Assembly: GCA_020437395.1 (NCBI GenBank)
Contig: JAGQWJ010000005.1
Span: 13,693 to 77,692 of the forward strand
DNA length: 64,000 nucleotides
Reading direction: 5' to 3'
DNA from: Ignavibacteriota bacterium
Lineage (GTDB): Bacteria; Bacteroidota; Ignavibacteria; Kapaibacteriales; UBA2268
Shown: positions 28,689 through 37,824 of the stretch, in pieces
Numbering within the stretch: position 1 is the first letter of the stretch
Layout of the letters: every line of letters begins with the position of its first letter
Translations under genes and position numbers: made by a program
Notes under the pieces: generated by a model
The model's database searches: none
The model's input: the letters and a program-made list of their open reading frames with translations, nothing else
Told to the model about the DNA's origin: nothing

Positions 28689-31043
28689 CTATGAGCCGAG
28701 AACATCATTAATGGTCTCGACTAAAGTATAGAAACTACAAGGTTTTTCTAATCTACCATTAAAACCAAATTCATGGTAATGAGAAACTACTGGTTTAGAC
28801 GAATGTCCACTAAAAACCAAAGCTTTAATATTCGGATCTAATTTCCTTATTTCATTAAGCACGTCTAATCCATCAATCTCATAACCTACTAATGTCATAT
28901 CAAGAATAGCTACATCAATTGGGTTGTTGGTAAGTGATTCTTTGAAGAAGTTTATTGCTTTTATCGGATTATTGAATGAATGTATTTCTATATCAGTAAT
29001 TACTTCTGCAATATCAATCATTGAATTTGTAATGTTAATATCATCATCGACTAACAAGACTCTTGTTTTGGCAAAAGATTTTTTAACTTTTTTCTTCTCA
29101 ATAGTTTTTATTTTATCCTCGCTCTGCTCTAATCTTTTTAAATATATTGAGAATTTTGTTCCCTTATTTACTTCCGATTCGACAGTTATTGCACCATTAT
29201 GATTTTTTATAATATAATAGACAGTTGGCAAACCTAAACCTTGACCGTCTTTCTTAGTTGTATAGAATGGTGTAAATATTTCTTCTATTGCATCATCTTC
29301 TATCCCTACTCCTTCGTCTTCGATTACTATTCTAATGTATTCACCAGCTAATAAATTTTGAATTTCATTATTTTCTAATGTTACATTATCTGTGGTAATA
29401 GTAATTATACCACTAGAAGTCATTGCCTGGTTTGCATTTATTAGAAGGTTAAGAAATACTTCGTTCAGTTGTTTGCCATCTGCAACTGTAGGAAACAAAT
29501 TGTTATCTAAATTCATATTTGTCATATTAGATGAACCAGCTAAAGCAATTTCTACAGCATTCACTACGATATCATTTACATTTACTGTTTGTAATGATGG
29601 TTCATTTGATTTAGTAAAAGTCTGAAATCTTGTAGCTAGTGCATTTGCTTGTTCTAAACTCGAAGAAATCCTATTAAGTTGTTTTTCTATTGACAATGGA
29701 CTCATTTTGATTACATCAACTGACAAAGTAATTGCTGCTAAAATATTCTTGAAATTATGTGCAATACCTCCTGCAAGAATACCAAGTGATTCCAATTTTG
29801 TAATCTTCTGTATTTCCGAAAGATGCCTATTGCGTTCGGAGATATCCATCAATACACCTCTGAATCCAGATAATTCTTCATTTGTTTTTATCGCACTAGC
29901 AAATAGTATTACATCAAAATTTTCACCGTTTTTCTTCATACCTGTATATTCAACTGGACCTAAATCTGGATTTTTTATTCTGCTTTTCAAATTCTCCTTT
30001 ATTAACATTCTTTGCGATGGCACTACCAAATCAAATGTTTTTAAACTTGATAAAAATTCTTCTTTTGTGTAACCAAACCATTCCATAGTTTTACCATTCA
30101 CATAAACTATATTTCCTTCTAGATCAACTTCCATAACAGCAACAGGTAGAGATTCCATCATAGACTTGAAATTAATTTCATTTTCAATTAGTTCTTCTTC
30201 TATTTTTTTTCTTTCGGTATAATCTCTTGCTACAACAATATATCCCTCTTTCTTACCTTCTATGCCTTTGTAAATGGATACTTTTACATTATTCCATTTT
30301 TTTTCACCATTTATATCCATTGAATAATCAAATTGTCTTGATTTACCATCGGTTTTAATTTGCTTTATTGTTTCTGCAAATGTTTGTGAAATACTTTCGG
30401 GCAAAACCTCACTATGATGTTTGTATAAAAAATCTTTAGGCATTTTATAAAGAATATCATTTGTTGAAGAATTGTAATAATCTATGAAAATTTCATTCTC
30501 ATCTACTATAAAAATTAGGTCATCTATGTTCGACATAACATTCGCTTGCTTAACTTCGCTCTCGCTAAGTGCCTTTTGTATAGCTTTCTTCTCAGTATTG
30601 TCTTGAACCGTACCTCTTAATCCTATTGGTTTGCCTTCTTCATCTTTTATCACTTCAACATTAGTCCAATAATGTCTTATTTCACCAGTCCGGATATTCT
30701 TACCTCGATACTCTGTTCTTAGAGGTTGGCCAGTGGCGATAGAATTCTCTAATTGTTTAATATATTCTTCACGGTCCTCCTCGAAAATAAGATTTAGTGC
30801 ATCTGCTTTTTTTGTAATATATTCTTCTGGTTTCAAGCCAACTAATTTATTGAGTTCTTCTGACCACCAAACATCATCATCTATAAAGTAACCATCAAAA
30901 TAACCAGTTTGTGATAATCTCTGAAGATTATCAAATCTTGTTTTAAGAGTATTAAGTTTGGTTTTGATTTTATTTAGTTTAAATGAAAAATAAACTAAAC
31001 TTGCCACCAAAGAAACTGAGATGAATATTAGAATAGGAAGCAT
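28689..31043 (-). CDS. Membrane-anchored multi-PAS hybrid sensor histidine kinase with C-terminal receiver
   Basis: N-terminal TM helix. Three PAS-like segments (each with a G..G.. beta-scaffold and DITERK-like ends). HisKA-like GGIAHNFKNIL. HATPase NLLINANQAM, DEGVGI and GLGLP. Receiver VLLVDDD and AILDMTL. Confidence 0.85.
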   Translation of the reverse strand: MLPILIFISVSLVASLVYFSFKLNKIKTKLNTLKTRFDNLQRLSQTGYFDGYFIDDDVWWSEELNKLVGLKPEEYITKKADALNLIFEEDREEYIKQLENSIATGQPLRTEYRGKNIRTGEIRHYWTNVEVIKDEEGKPIGLRGTVQDNTEKKAIQKALSESEVKQANVMSNIDDLIFIVDENEIFIDYYNSSTNDILYKMPKDFLYKHHSEVLPESISQTFAETIKQIKTDGKSRQFDYSMDINGEKKWNNVKVSIYKGIEGKKEGYIVVARDYTERKKIEEELIENEINFKSMMESLPVAVMEVDLEGNIVYVNGKTMEWFGYTKEEFLSSLKTFDLVVPSQRMLIKENLKSRIKNPDLGPVEYTGMKKNGENFDVILFASAIKTNEELSGFRGVLMDISERNRHLSEIQKITKLESLGILAGGIAHNFKNILAAITLSVDVIKMSPLSIEKQLNRISSSLEQANALATRFQTFTKSNEPSLQTVNVNDIVVNAVEIALAGSSNMTNMNLDNNLFPTVADGKQLNEVFLNLLINANQAMTSSGIITITTDNVTLENNEIQNLLAGEYIRIVIEDEGVGIEDDAIEEIFTPFYTTKKDGQGLGLPTVYYIIKNHNGAITVESEVNKGTKFSIYLKRLEQSEDKIKTIEKKKVKKSFAKTRVLLVDDDINITNSMIDIAEVITDIEIHSFNNPIKAINFFKESLTNNPIDVAILDMTLVGYEIDGLDVLNEIRKLDPNIKALVFSGHSSKPVVSHYHEFGFNGRLEKPCSFYTLVETINDVLGS

Positions 31044-31487
31044 TGTTTTACCTCAGAAAAAAGCAAATTTATAACAGTTTATCTGTTTTATTTTATACTA
31101 AAGTACGTATAATTGGACAATAATTAAAAATAAATTATTTGAGATTTGGAACTATGGTGTAATGTATGGATGTTTTATTCTGATTTTTGAGACAGAAATG
31201 TTTAGATAAAAAGTTTATCTTAGTGTTTGAATGAAGTCAAAATGTACAAATTGCTTTTGTTATTAACATCATCAAATTACTTCCAAAAATTCATTGCACT
31301 TGAAGAATTTTGTTGGGTCTAGATTATAGTGGTCCGCTAATCACTTTTATTACGTTTCCTATGTGGTCCTTAATTTTATTATACAAACACTACTTCTCAC
31401 TTCGTGTGCCTACCTACTTTTTACCCCTAAATAAATTTTGATATTAGTGGAATTTCGAAGATTCACTTTACTTACAAAAGACTATAT

Positions 31488-31521
31488 ACAAAAAAAGCAC
31501 CTTCAACCACTTGAAGATGCT
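31488..31521 (-). terminator. Rho-independent terminator downstream of tRNA-Arg
   Basis: On the minus strand, the AGCATCTTCAA-GTGG-TTGAAGGTGCT hairpin (one mismatch) is followed by a T-run. Confidence 0.65.
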
Positions 31522-31539
31522 AATAATATAAGTTTGTAG

Positions 31540-31613
31540 TACACCCGAAGAGATTCGAACTCCAAACCTTCTGATCCGTAGTCAGATGCTCTATCCAGTT
31601 GAGCTACGGGTGC
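31540..31613 (-). tRNA. tRNA-Arg (anticodon ACG)
   Basis: The reverse complement GCACCCGTAGCTCAACTGGATAGAGCATCTGACTACGGATCAGAAGGTTTGGAGTTCGAATCTCTTCGGGTGTA folds as a cloverleaf, with anticodon loop CUACGGA. It has a G1-U72 wobble and a U49-U65 mismatch. No CCA is encoded. Confidence 0.9.
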
Positions 31614-31634
31614 ATAGAAATCTCTTTTAAAGAC

Positions 31635-31895
31635 TTAGTCTTTCTTTAAAGATTTAATAAATTTTGATAATCTTGATTTTCTTCTTGCCGCATTATTCTT
31701 ATGAATAATTCCTTTTGCAGAAGCTCTATCAATTACTTTAATTGCTTTGCTTAAGTTTTCCATTCCTGAAGCATATTCAGTTGATTCTCTAACCGCACGA
31801 ACTGCAACTTTTACTTGTTTTTTATACTCACGATTGTATAAATTTCTTTTTTTAGTTTGTCTTATTCTTTTGACAGATGATTGATGATTAGCCAT
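31635..31895 (-). CDS. rpsT: 30S ribosomal protein S20
   Basis: MANHQSSVKRIRQTKKRNLYN and IHKNNAARRKSRL blocks. Confidence 0.93.
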   Translation of the reverse strand: MANHQSSVKRIRQTKKRNLYNREYKKQVKVAVRAVRESTEYASGMENLSKAIKVIDRASAKGIIHKNNAARRKSRLSKFIKSLKKD

Positions 31896-32049
31896 AATCT
31901 AAAAATGATTTTATTATTTACAAAATATTTGACTTCAAAAATACATCTAATATTACATTATTGCAAAATAAAATAAAGATTTACTCTATATATTTGTATT
32001 TATTTTTATTGTATTTAATTTGTAGTCTTTAAAAATTGAAAGAAAGTAA

Positions 32050-33396
32050 ATGTTAAAAGAACTTCTTAGACCAGAAATTGAAGATATTATAAAGCAACGC
32101 AGATGGAAAGACCTTAGAATTGGACTTGAAGGATGGGAACCTGCTGAAATTGCTGAGTTGCTTCTTGAAATAGAAAAAGAATATAAGGTGCTTTTGTTCA
32201 GAGCATTACCCAGAGAAGTATCTACTCAGGTATTTAGCCACATTGATTATGAGGAAAGAGATCAACTTTTAGATGAACTAACAGATGGAGAAACAAGACG
32301 ATTATTAGCTGATATGTCACCTGACGATAGAACTGCTTTGTTAGAAGAGCTTCCAGCAAAAGTTACTAAATCATTGATGAATATGCTTTCTGCAGAAGAT
32401 TTGAAAGAAGCAAGATTTTTATTGGGCTATCCAGAGGAAAGTATTGGGCGACTTATGACTCCTGATTTTGTTACAGTTGAACCAGAATTCACTGTAAAGG
32501 AGGCATTGGCACATATTAGAAAGTTTGGTAAAGACAGTGAAACTATTTATCGGATTTATGTAATAGACGACAACGGAAGATTGATAGATGATATTTTGTT
32601 AAAGAATTTAATTCTTGCGGAAGAAGACAAGAAAATTTCTGAACTAATGGATTACTCTTTTTTATCACTCTCTGCATTCGATGATCGGGAAGAAGCTGTT
32701 AGAATGTTAGAAAAATATGATATATTAGCACTTCCGGTTGTTGATTCTAATGGATATATTGTTGGTATTGTTACTTTTGATGATATTTATGATGTTTCGG
32801 AAGAAGAAACAACAGAAGATTTTCAGAGAACATCTGGTATTAACCCACTTGACCAATCTTACTTAAGTGCAAGTATTTTAAAATTATATGCAAAACGAGC
32901 ACCTTGGCTATTAGCAATGGTATTTGCAAATTTTTTAACAGCTTCTGTAATAAGTCATTATGACTATGTAACTGTTGCTTTCGTATCACTAGTCGCTTTT
33001 ATTCCTTTACTAACAGGTACGGGTGGTAATTCAGGTACTCAATCAGCTACTCTTATTATTCGTAGTATTGCAACTGATGATATCAGATATAACGATTGGT
33101 TAAGAGTATTCAGAAAAGAACTAATGGTTGGACTTCTATTAGGTTTTTCTTTAGCAGTTGTCGCATTTATTAGAGGGTATTTTGAATCTGATGATTCTAT
33201 GCAATTAGCATTAGTAATTAGTACATCTCTTATTGTTCTGATACTTTGGTCAAATGTAATTGGTAGTTTACTTCCAATTCTACTTCATAAGATGAAGTTG
33301 GATCCAGCGGTTATATCTGGTCCAGTAATTACAACTATTGTTGATGTATCTGGCCTGATTATCTATTTTAACATTGCTATTTATTTGATGAATTAG
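32050..33396 (+). CDS. mgtE: Magnesium transporter MgtE
   Basis: N-domain, CBS pair (LPVVDSNGYIVGIVTFDD) and a TM domain with the TGTGGNSGTQSATLIIR block. Confidence 0.93.
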   Translation: MLKELLRPEIEDIIKQRRWKDLRIGLEGWEPAEIAELLLEIEKEYKVLLFRALPREVSTQVFSHIDYEERDQLLDELTDGETRRLLADMSPDDRTALLEELPAKVTKSLMNMLSAEDLKEARFLLGYPEESIGRLMTPDFVTVEPEFTVKEALAHIRKFGKDSETIYRIYVIDDNGRLIDDILLKNLILAEEDKKISELMDYSFLSLSAFDDREEAVRMLEKYDILALPVVDSNGYIVGIVTFDDIYDVSEEETTEDFQRTSGINPLDQSYLSASILKLYAKRAPWLLAMVFANFLTASVISHYDYVTVAFVSLVAFIPLLTGTGGNSGTQSATLIIRSIATDDIRYNDWLRVFRKELMVGLLLGFSLAVVAFIRGYFESDDSMQLALVISTSLIVLILWSNVIGSLLPILLHKMKLDPAVISGPVITTIVDVSGLIIYFNIAIYLMN

Positions 33397-34796
33397 TATC
33401 TATAAGTAATTCCTAAACCCAATCGAAATAATTTATTGTTTGTCTTGAGTACTTGAGAATCATATATTTGAAGCTCAGTATCAGTATCAATGAATTGAAC
33501 AAAACCATCTATTCTTAATGTTTCAAATAAAAATAAACCCATTCCCCCACTATATAAAATTGAAATAGAATTATCATTTGCAATAGGTGATGTTTCAAAA
33601 GTAGTCCCTATACGTAATTGAATTATTGTGAAAGGTATTTGATATTCTGCCCCAACTCCCAATTTCATATTGCCATCTAAATTTAAGCTCATGCTTTCAT
33701 TCAAAGAATTTAGGTACTCAGATTGATGGTCAAGAAATTGTATATGGGGATAGTATTTATACTGAAAAGCAGTAGATATAGTTAATTCTTCAGAGTTATA
33801 AGAAGAGCCAATAGCAATCGACCAAGGAAGAATAGCTTCCAACAAAGTAGTATTATTACTAGCTAAATTATCATAATAAGCTCTTGAATTATCATCAAAT
33901 TCAACTAATGCTTCTTCATAAAAATTCTCTTCTATCCGTATAGTCGCCGGAGTTCTTACATTTAAACTAAATCTATAATTATCAAATGTATAAAGTGCAC
34001 CTAAATTAAAACTAATTGAAGTATAGTCCTGTTCATATTGCAATGTATGCAGTAAATTATTAAAATCTAAATAAGGTGGCTGTTCCAATTTTTCTTGATA
34101 AACTTGCTCTGTGTCAACCTCTTTCAAAATACGAGAATAGTTGTAGTTACCAAATGAAAAATTGATACTTCCACCGAAAGAAAATCCATCATAATACTCA
34201 CTGGCTAATGCAAAAGTTAAATCGTGGTTAAGTCCCGATTCGTTACGATTGAAATCCTGGTATAAACTATCTGATATATTAGTAATTCCATTTTGTGATA
34301 GTTTTGTTCTTTCTGTCCATTGTCTTCTCACTCCCGATTCACTTTTAATGTATGAGTTGACAGGATTAAATCCTTCTGCCCTGGTCAACTGATCATAATT
34401 TAAACTATTGGAATAAGATATGCCAATATAATATAAATCTCTGTTTTGATAGTTTGCTCGAACGGGAGAAGAAATAGAAATATTAGTTAAGTTGAAATTA
34501 TTCTCATTTGCATTAATAGAGTTATTCAGATATTCCGAGTTTCTAGAATTGTTGTTAAAATTGTAACCAAAAGAAATTTCAGATTTATTGTTTAATGACA
34601 ATCCTGCAGGGTTATAGTGTACAGCAGCAACGTCATTTAAAATACCCATATATGAAAAACCCAATCCAGCAGATCGGGTATTTACTATTTTATTGTCTGA
34701 TGAGTACCTAATGATATCAATCAATGTCCCATCAATATTCTGAGATATTAATACATTTAACGATAATGTAAAAACTAATAATGATATTCTAAGCAT
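33393..34796 (-). CDS. Outer-membrane beta-barrel protein (FadL/porin-like), function unknown
   Basis: Signal peptide MLRISLLVFTLSLNVLISQ. Alternating-pattern strands. C-terminal LGLGITYRY ends in an aromatic residue. It starts 3 nt after the stop of the upstream low-complexity lipoprotein gene. Confidence 0.6.
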   Translation of the reverse strand: MLRISLLVFTLSLNVLISQNIDGTLIDIIRYSSDNKIVNTRSAGLGFSYMGILNDVAAVHYNPAGLSLNNKSEISFGYNFNNNSRNSEYLNNSINANENNFNLTNISISSPVRANYQNRDLYYIGISYSNSLNYDQLTRAEGFNPVNSYIKSESGVRRQWTERTKLSQNGITNISDSLYQDFNRNESGLNHDLTFALASEYYDGFSFGGSINFSFGNYNYSRILKEVDTEQVYQEKLEQPPYLDFNNLLHTLQYEQDYTSISFNLGALYTFDNYRFSLNVRTPATIRIEENFYEEALVEFDDNSRAYYDNLASNNTTLLEAILPWSIAIGSSYNSEELTISTAFQYKYYPHIQFLDHQSEYLNSLNESMSLNLDGNMKLGVGAEYQIPFTIIQLRIGTTFETSPIANDNSISILYSGGMGLFLFETLRIDGFVQFIDTDTELQIYDSQVLKTNNKLFRLGLGITYRY

Positions 34797-34798
34797 TA

Positions 34799-35869
34799 TT
34801 ATCTTCTACCACCTCTTCTATTGGAAGAACTACCACCTCCGGTTGAACCTCCTCCGCTACTTCCAGAACTTCCCCCAGAAGAACGGTTGTAACTTGAACC
34901 ACTTGATCTTGCACCAGAAGACCTGTTCGTGTTATGGCTACCATTTGACCTATTATAGCCAGAACGACCTTCGTTACTGTTTGATCTATTGATTTGTGAA
35001 TTGCTATTAGTATTTGTTCTTGTGTTATTTTCAGTCCTTGACGTTCTACTATATGAATTTGTGTTATATCTATTATCCGTGTTACTTCTATTGTAACTAT
35101 TAGTATTTGTAGATCTAGAGTTTCTAGAATCATTAATATTAGTTGTTCTATTGTAATTTGAATTTGAAACTCTGTTATAATTGTTAGTTCCACCACTACG
35201 TGAGTAAATATTACCACTACTTGAACTTCTGTTATATCCGGAAGTACCTGATACTGTACTTCTCAAATTATTATTGGAAGTACTTGGTGAACGATAATAG
35301 CTATAGTTATTTCTTTCTGTATAGTTGCGTGACTGACTATAATCTCTATTATAATACCTATGGTTATGATTATATCTATGATAATTGTGATGGTGAGCAT
35401 AGAATCTATTAAAATAAAAATTATCATAGTAGTATCCCCAACCAAAACCAAACGAAGGATGATATCTATACCAAGGAGAATACCAACCGTAGTATCTTGG
35501 CCCCCAATTGTAAGTAAACCCTAGTCCAAATCCATAGTAAGGATATCCATAGAACCCAGAATAGTAAACATCGTTCCACCATGGAACAACAACTGGCTGG
35601 TAATAGGGTGACTCATTATAATAGTTATTAACGACGGTCACTGAAGAACCTTCATCGGAAGTATAGACATTTTTCTTTGTGGTTTTCTTATTCGAAAGTG
35701 GGTTTACCCATCCATTGTCATTCTCTGATCCATTTTGATTATTATTTTTATCAACAATAATTATTTGGTTATCAGGTTTATCATAGCTGTAGTAGTTATT
35801 AGTCCTAGTTGATGTACACGACATTAAACCTAAGATTAATAAGAGAGTTATTGGTAATATTGTTTTCAT
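34799..35869 (-). CDS. Lipoprotein with extreme low-complexity composition: a Y/G/W/F-rich core followed by an N/S/R/Y/T-rich tail ending in a Gly/Ser run and RRGGRR
   Basis: Lipobox LILGLMSC after a signal peptide. Core YYGFGLGFTYNWGPRYYGWYSPWYRYHPSFGFGWGYYYDNFYF. The tail carries at least 7 degenerate x-Y-N-R-[ST] units. The ORF is long and in the same orientation as the downstream OMP gene. Confidence 0.7.
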   Translation of the reverse strand: MKTILPITLLLILGLMSCTSTRTNNYYSYDKPDNQIIIVDKNNNQNGSENDNGWVNPLSNKKTTKKNVYTSDEGSSVTVVNNYYNESPYYQPVVVPWWNDVYYSGFYGYPYYGFGLGFTYNWGPRYYGWYSPWYRYHPSFGFGWGYYYDNFYFNRFYAHHHNYHRYNHNHRYYNRDYSQSRNYTERNNYSYYRSPSTSNNNLRSTVSGTSGYNRSSSSGNIYSRSGGTNNYNRVSNSNYNRTTNINDSRNSRSTNTNSYNRSNTDNRYNTNSYSRTSRTENNTRTNTNSNSQINRSNSNEGRSGYNRSNGSHNTNRSSGARSSGSSYNRSSGGSSGSSGGGSTGGGSSSNRRGGRR

Positions 35870-35984
35870 TTGAAACTCCTTTTTATTTATTTAACGAATA
35901 TGCAAATTTTTAGTTTCAAAAAAAAATTTAAAAAAAGTTTTTTGTTTTAATAAAAAGTTATTTAGTTTTGCTACTCGATTATGT

Positions 35985-36068
35985 GCCCGGATGGCGGAAT
36001 TGGTAGACGCTCAGGACTTAAAATCCTGTGATGGCAACATCGTGGGGGTTCAAGTCCCCCTCTGGGTA
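35985..36068 (+). tRNA. tRNA-Leu (anticodon UAA), long variable arm
   Basis: GCCCGGATGGCGGAATTGGTAGACGC...GGACTTAAAATCC...GGGGGTTCAAGTCCCCCTCTGGGTA. Class II cloverleaf. G1-U72 and G5-U68 wobbles. No CCA is encoded. Confidence 0.9.
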
Positions 36069-36071
36069 CTC

Positions 36072-36107
36072 AAAGGTTGGTGATAGATTAATCACCAACC
36101 TTTTTTT
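36072..36107 (+). terminator. Rho-independent terminator after tRNA-Leu
   Basis: GGTTGGTGAT / ATCACCAACC stem with a 6-nt loop, then T7. Confidence 0.8.
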
Positions 36108-36143
36108 ATAACTATAGTAAAAGTAATTCGTATATTGTGAGAT

Positions 36144-36887
36144 ATGAAAAAAATTATATTAATATTGGTTTTCTCATTAATAACTGCATGTAGTAGTAGT
36201 ATTGACACGAGAAATATGACAGCAGAAAATCTTTTCGAAAAAGGAAAAGAATATTTTGCAGAAGATGAGAACTTGGAATCTCAGAAAATGTTCGATTTGA
36301 TTAAGTTGCAATATCCAGCTAGTCAATATGCTGATGATGCTCAATTTTATTTAGCGGAAATTGACTTCAAAAGAGAAAAATATATCTTAGCAGCATTTAA
36401 TTATAATTCGCTGAGAAGACTCTATCCATCATCTGAATATAATAAAGAATCATTATACAAAAGAGCTCTTTGCTATTATAAGTTATCACCGCCCTTTGAA
36501 AGAGATCAAGAATATACTGTTCAAGCTATTTCATCATTAATAGAATTTCAATCTGCCTATCCGAACGATTCGTTATCAAAAGTAGCTGATTTACAAATTA
36601 AAGAAATGAGAGAAAAGTTGGCTAAACGTGAGTTTTCTATTGCTGAACTATATAGCAAATTAGATGATCCAAAAGCATCTTTAGTTTACTATGATTTTGT
36701 TATAAATAATTACGATGATACAAGATACAATGAAGATTCATATTTGGGAAAAGTAGAATCATTGCTAAAAATGAAAAGAATAGAAGAAGCACAGAATATT
36801 ATAATTCTTTATGATAAAAAATTTCCGAATGGAAATTATAATGAAAAAATCAAAGAAATGTATGATAATGCTTTGATTGAAAAATAA
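36144..36887 (+). CDS. bamD: Outer membrane protein assembly factor BamD (TPR lipoprotein)
   Basis: Lipobox LITAC. TPR-like helices with the YPASQYADDAQFYLAE, YPSSEY, ERDQ and YPNDS blocks typical of BamD/YfiO. Confidence 0.8.
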   Translation: MKKIILILVFSLITACSSSIDTRNMTAENLFEKGKEYFAEDENLESQKMFDLIKLQYPASQYADDAQFYLAEIDFKREKYILAAFNYNSLRRLYPSSEYNKESLYKRALCYYKLSPPFERDQEYTVQAISSLIEFQSAYPNDSLSKVADLQIKEMREKLAKREFSIAELYSKLDDPKASLVYYDFVINNYDDTRYNEDSYLGKVESLLKMKRIEEAQNIIILYDKKFPNGNYNEKIKEMYDNALIEK

Positions 36888-36929
36888 AAAAAAGCTACTT
36901 TTAAATCAAAAAGTAGCTCTTTTTTTTTA
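36886..36929. terminator. Bidirectional rho-independent terminator between bamD and the convergent rpoZ-like gene
   Basis: AGCTACTTTT / AAAAGTAGCT stem flanked by an A-run and a T-run. Confidence 0.75.
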
Positions 36930-36954
36930 TTTTTTACTAAAACTTTTGATAATT

Positions 36955-37260
36955 CTATAAATTCTTTAAATCTTTCGGATCACCAAATTTAAGCTTATCT
37001 TCAAATGTTTCTTTCATTGCCAAAAAAGTAGGTTTTGGTATTCTGTCAAATTCACGGCTAATATTTAATTGATCATGGTTGATAACATCTGAATCGTCAC
37101 CAGTAGGAATAACGTCTGCCATTCTGCTGTTCAATTCCATTTTTATATCATCGTTTATCTGTCTTGCACGAAAACCCATAGCAACTATAGCTTGATAAAC
37201 CGAACCTTTTGCAGTTTCCTTCATACGTACTTTGACAGGATTAACTATATATTTTTCCAT
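36955..37260 (-). CDS. rpoZ: Probable DNA-directed RNA polymerase subunit omega
   Basis: 101 aa. SVYQAIVAMGFRARQINDD resembles the conserved RpoZ helix (..A..RARQ..). Confidence 0.55.
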   Translation of the reverse strand: MEKYIVNPVKVRMKETAKGSVYQAIVAMGFRARQINDDIKMELNSRMADVIPTGDDSDVINHDQLNISREFDRIPKPTFLAMKETFEDKLKFGDPKDLKNL

Positions 37261-37387
37261 AAATGCCTTATTAAAGTTATTTTTTGAACGATTACAAATT
37301 TACGAAATTTACTGAAGTTAAAAAAATATTTTTATTTTATAAGAAAGTATATTAATTTTTGTTTTTACATTTTGCTATTATTAATAT

Positions 37388-37765
37388 ATGAAAAAATTAT
37401 ACTGGTCAATATCTGAAGTTTGTGAGCTATTGAATGTAGAACCACATGTAATTAGATATTGGGAAAGTGAAGTAACATTTCTGAAATCTAAAAGATCACG
37501 CGGTGGCAATCGACGATTTGACAAAGTATTAGTAGATAAAATGTTATTGTTAAAAGAACTACTTTATACTTATAAACTTACCACTAAGCAGGCATCGTAT
37601 TTTATTAATAAAAATTCTGATTTGAACGATGACAACATAGAAGAAAAAGTATATGCCTATAAGAAGAGCAAAGGTTACAAAGAAGTAATAAAACAAGTAA
37701 CACTCACAGACTTACAAGGTATTAAGAAAAGATTAGAAGAAACAATTGAGTTATTGAGAACGTAA
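37388..37765 (+). CDS. MerR-family helix-turn-helix protein (short, no obvious effector domain)
   Basis: YWSISEVCELLNVEPHVIRYWESE is a MerR-type HTH. Confidence 0.7.
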   Translation: MKKLYWSISEVCELLNVEPHVIRYWESEVTFLKSKRSRGGNRRFDKVLVDKMLLLKELLYTYKLTTKQASYFINKNSDLNDDNIEEKVYAYKKSKGYKEVIKQVTLTDLQGIKKRLEETIELLRT

Positions 37766-37824
37766 TAGATTAATGAAAAATTTATTAATTTTGAAAATAT
37801 TTGAAAATGAACATAGGATAATAG

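Noticed and set aside
31896-32049. Looked for an M-box (Mg2+) riboswitch in the leader of mgtE.
   Set aside because: The 154-nt spacer is almost pure A/T, with none of the conserved G/C-rich M-box helices. It is shared with the divergent rpsT promoter.
34789-35451. Three overlapping alternative-frame ORFs (34789-35217 minus, 35200-35412 plus, 35263-35451 minus) inside the low-complexity lipoprotein gene.
   Set aside because: They are a by-product of the repetitive, stop-poor AAT/AGT/AGA/TAT-type codon composition. Only the 34799-35869 frame has a signal peptide and lipobox and a sensible operon context. My manual base indexing around 34790-34802 disagreed by 1 nt with the ORF track. I used the track coordinates.
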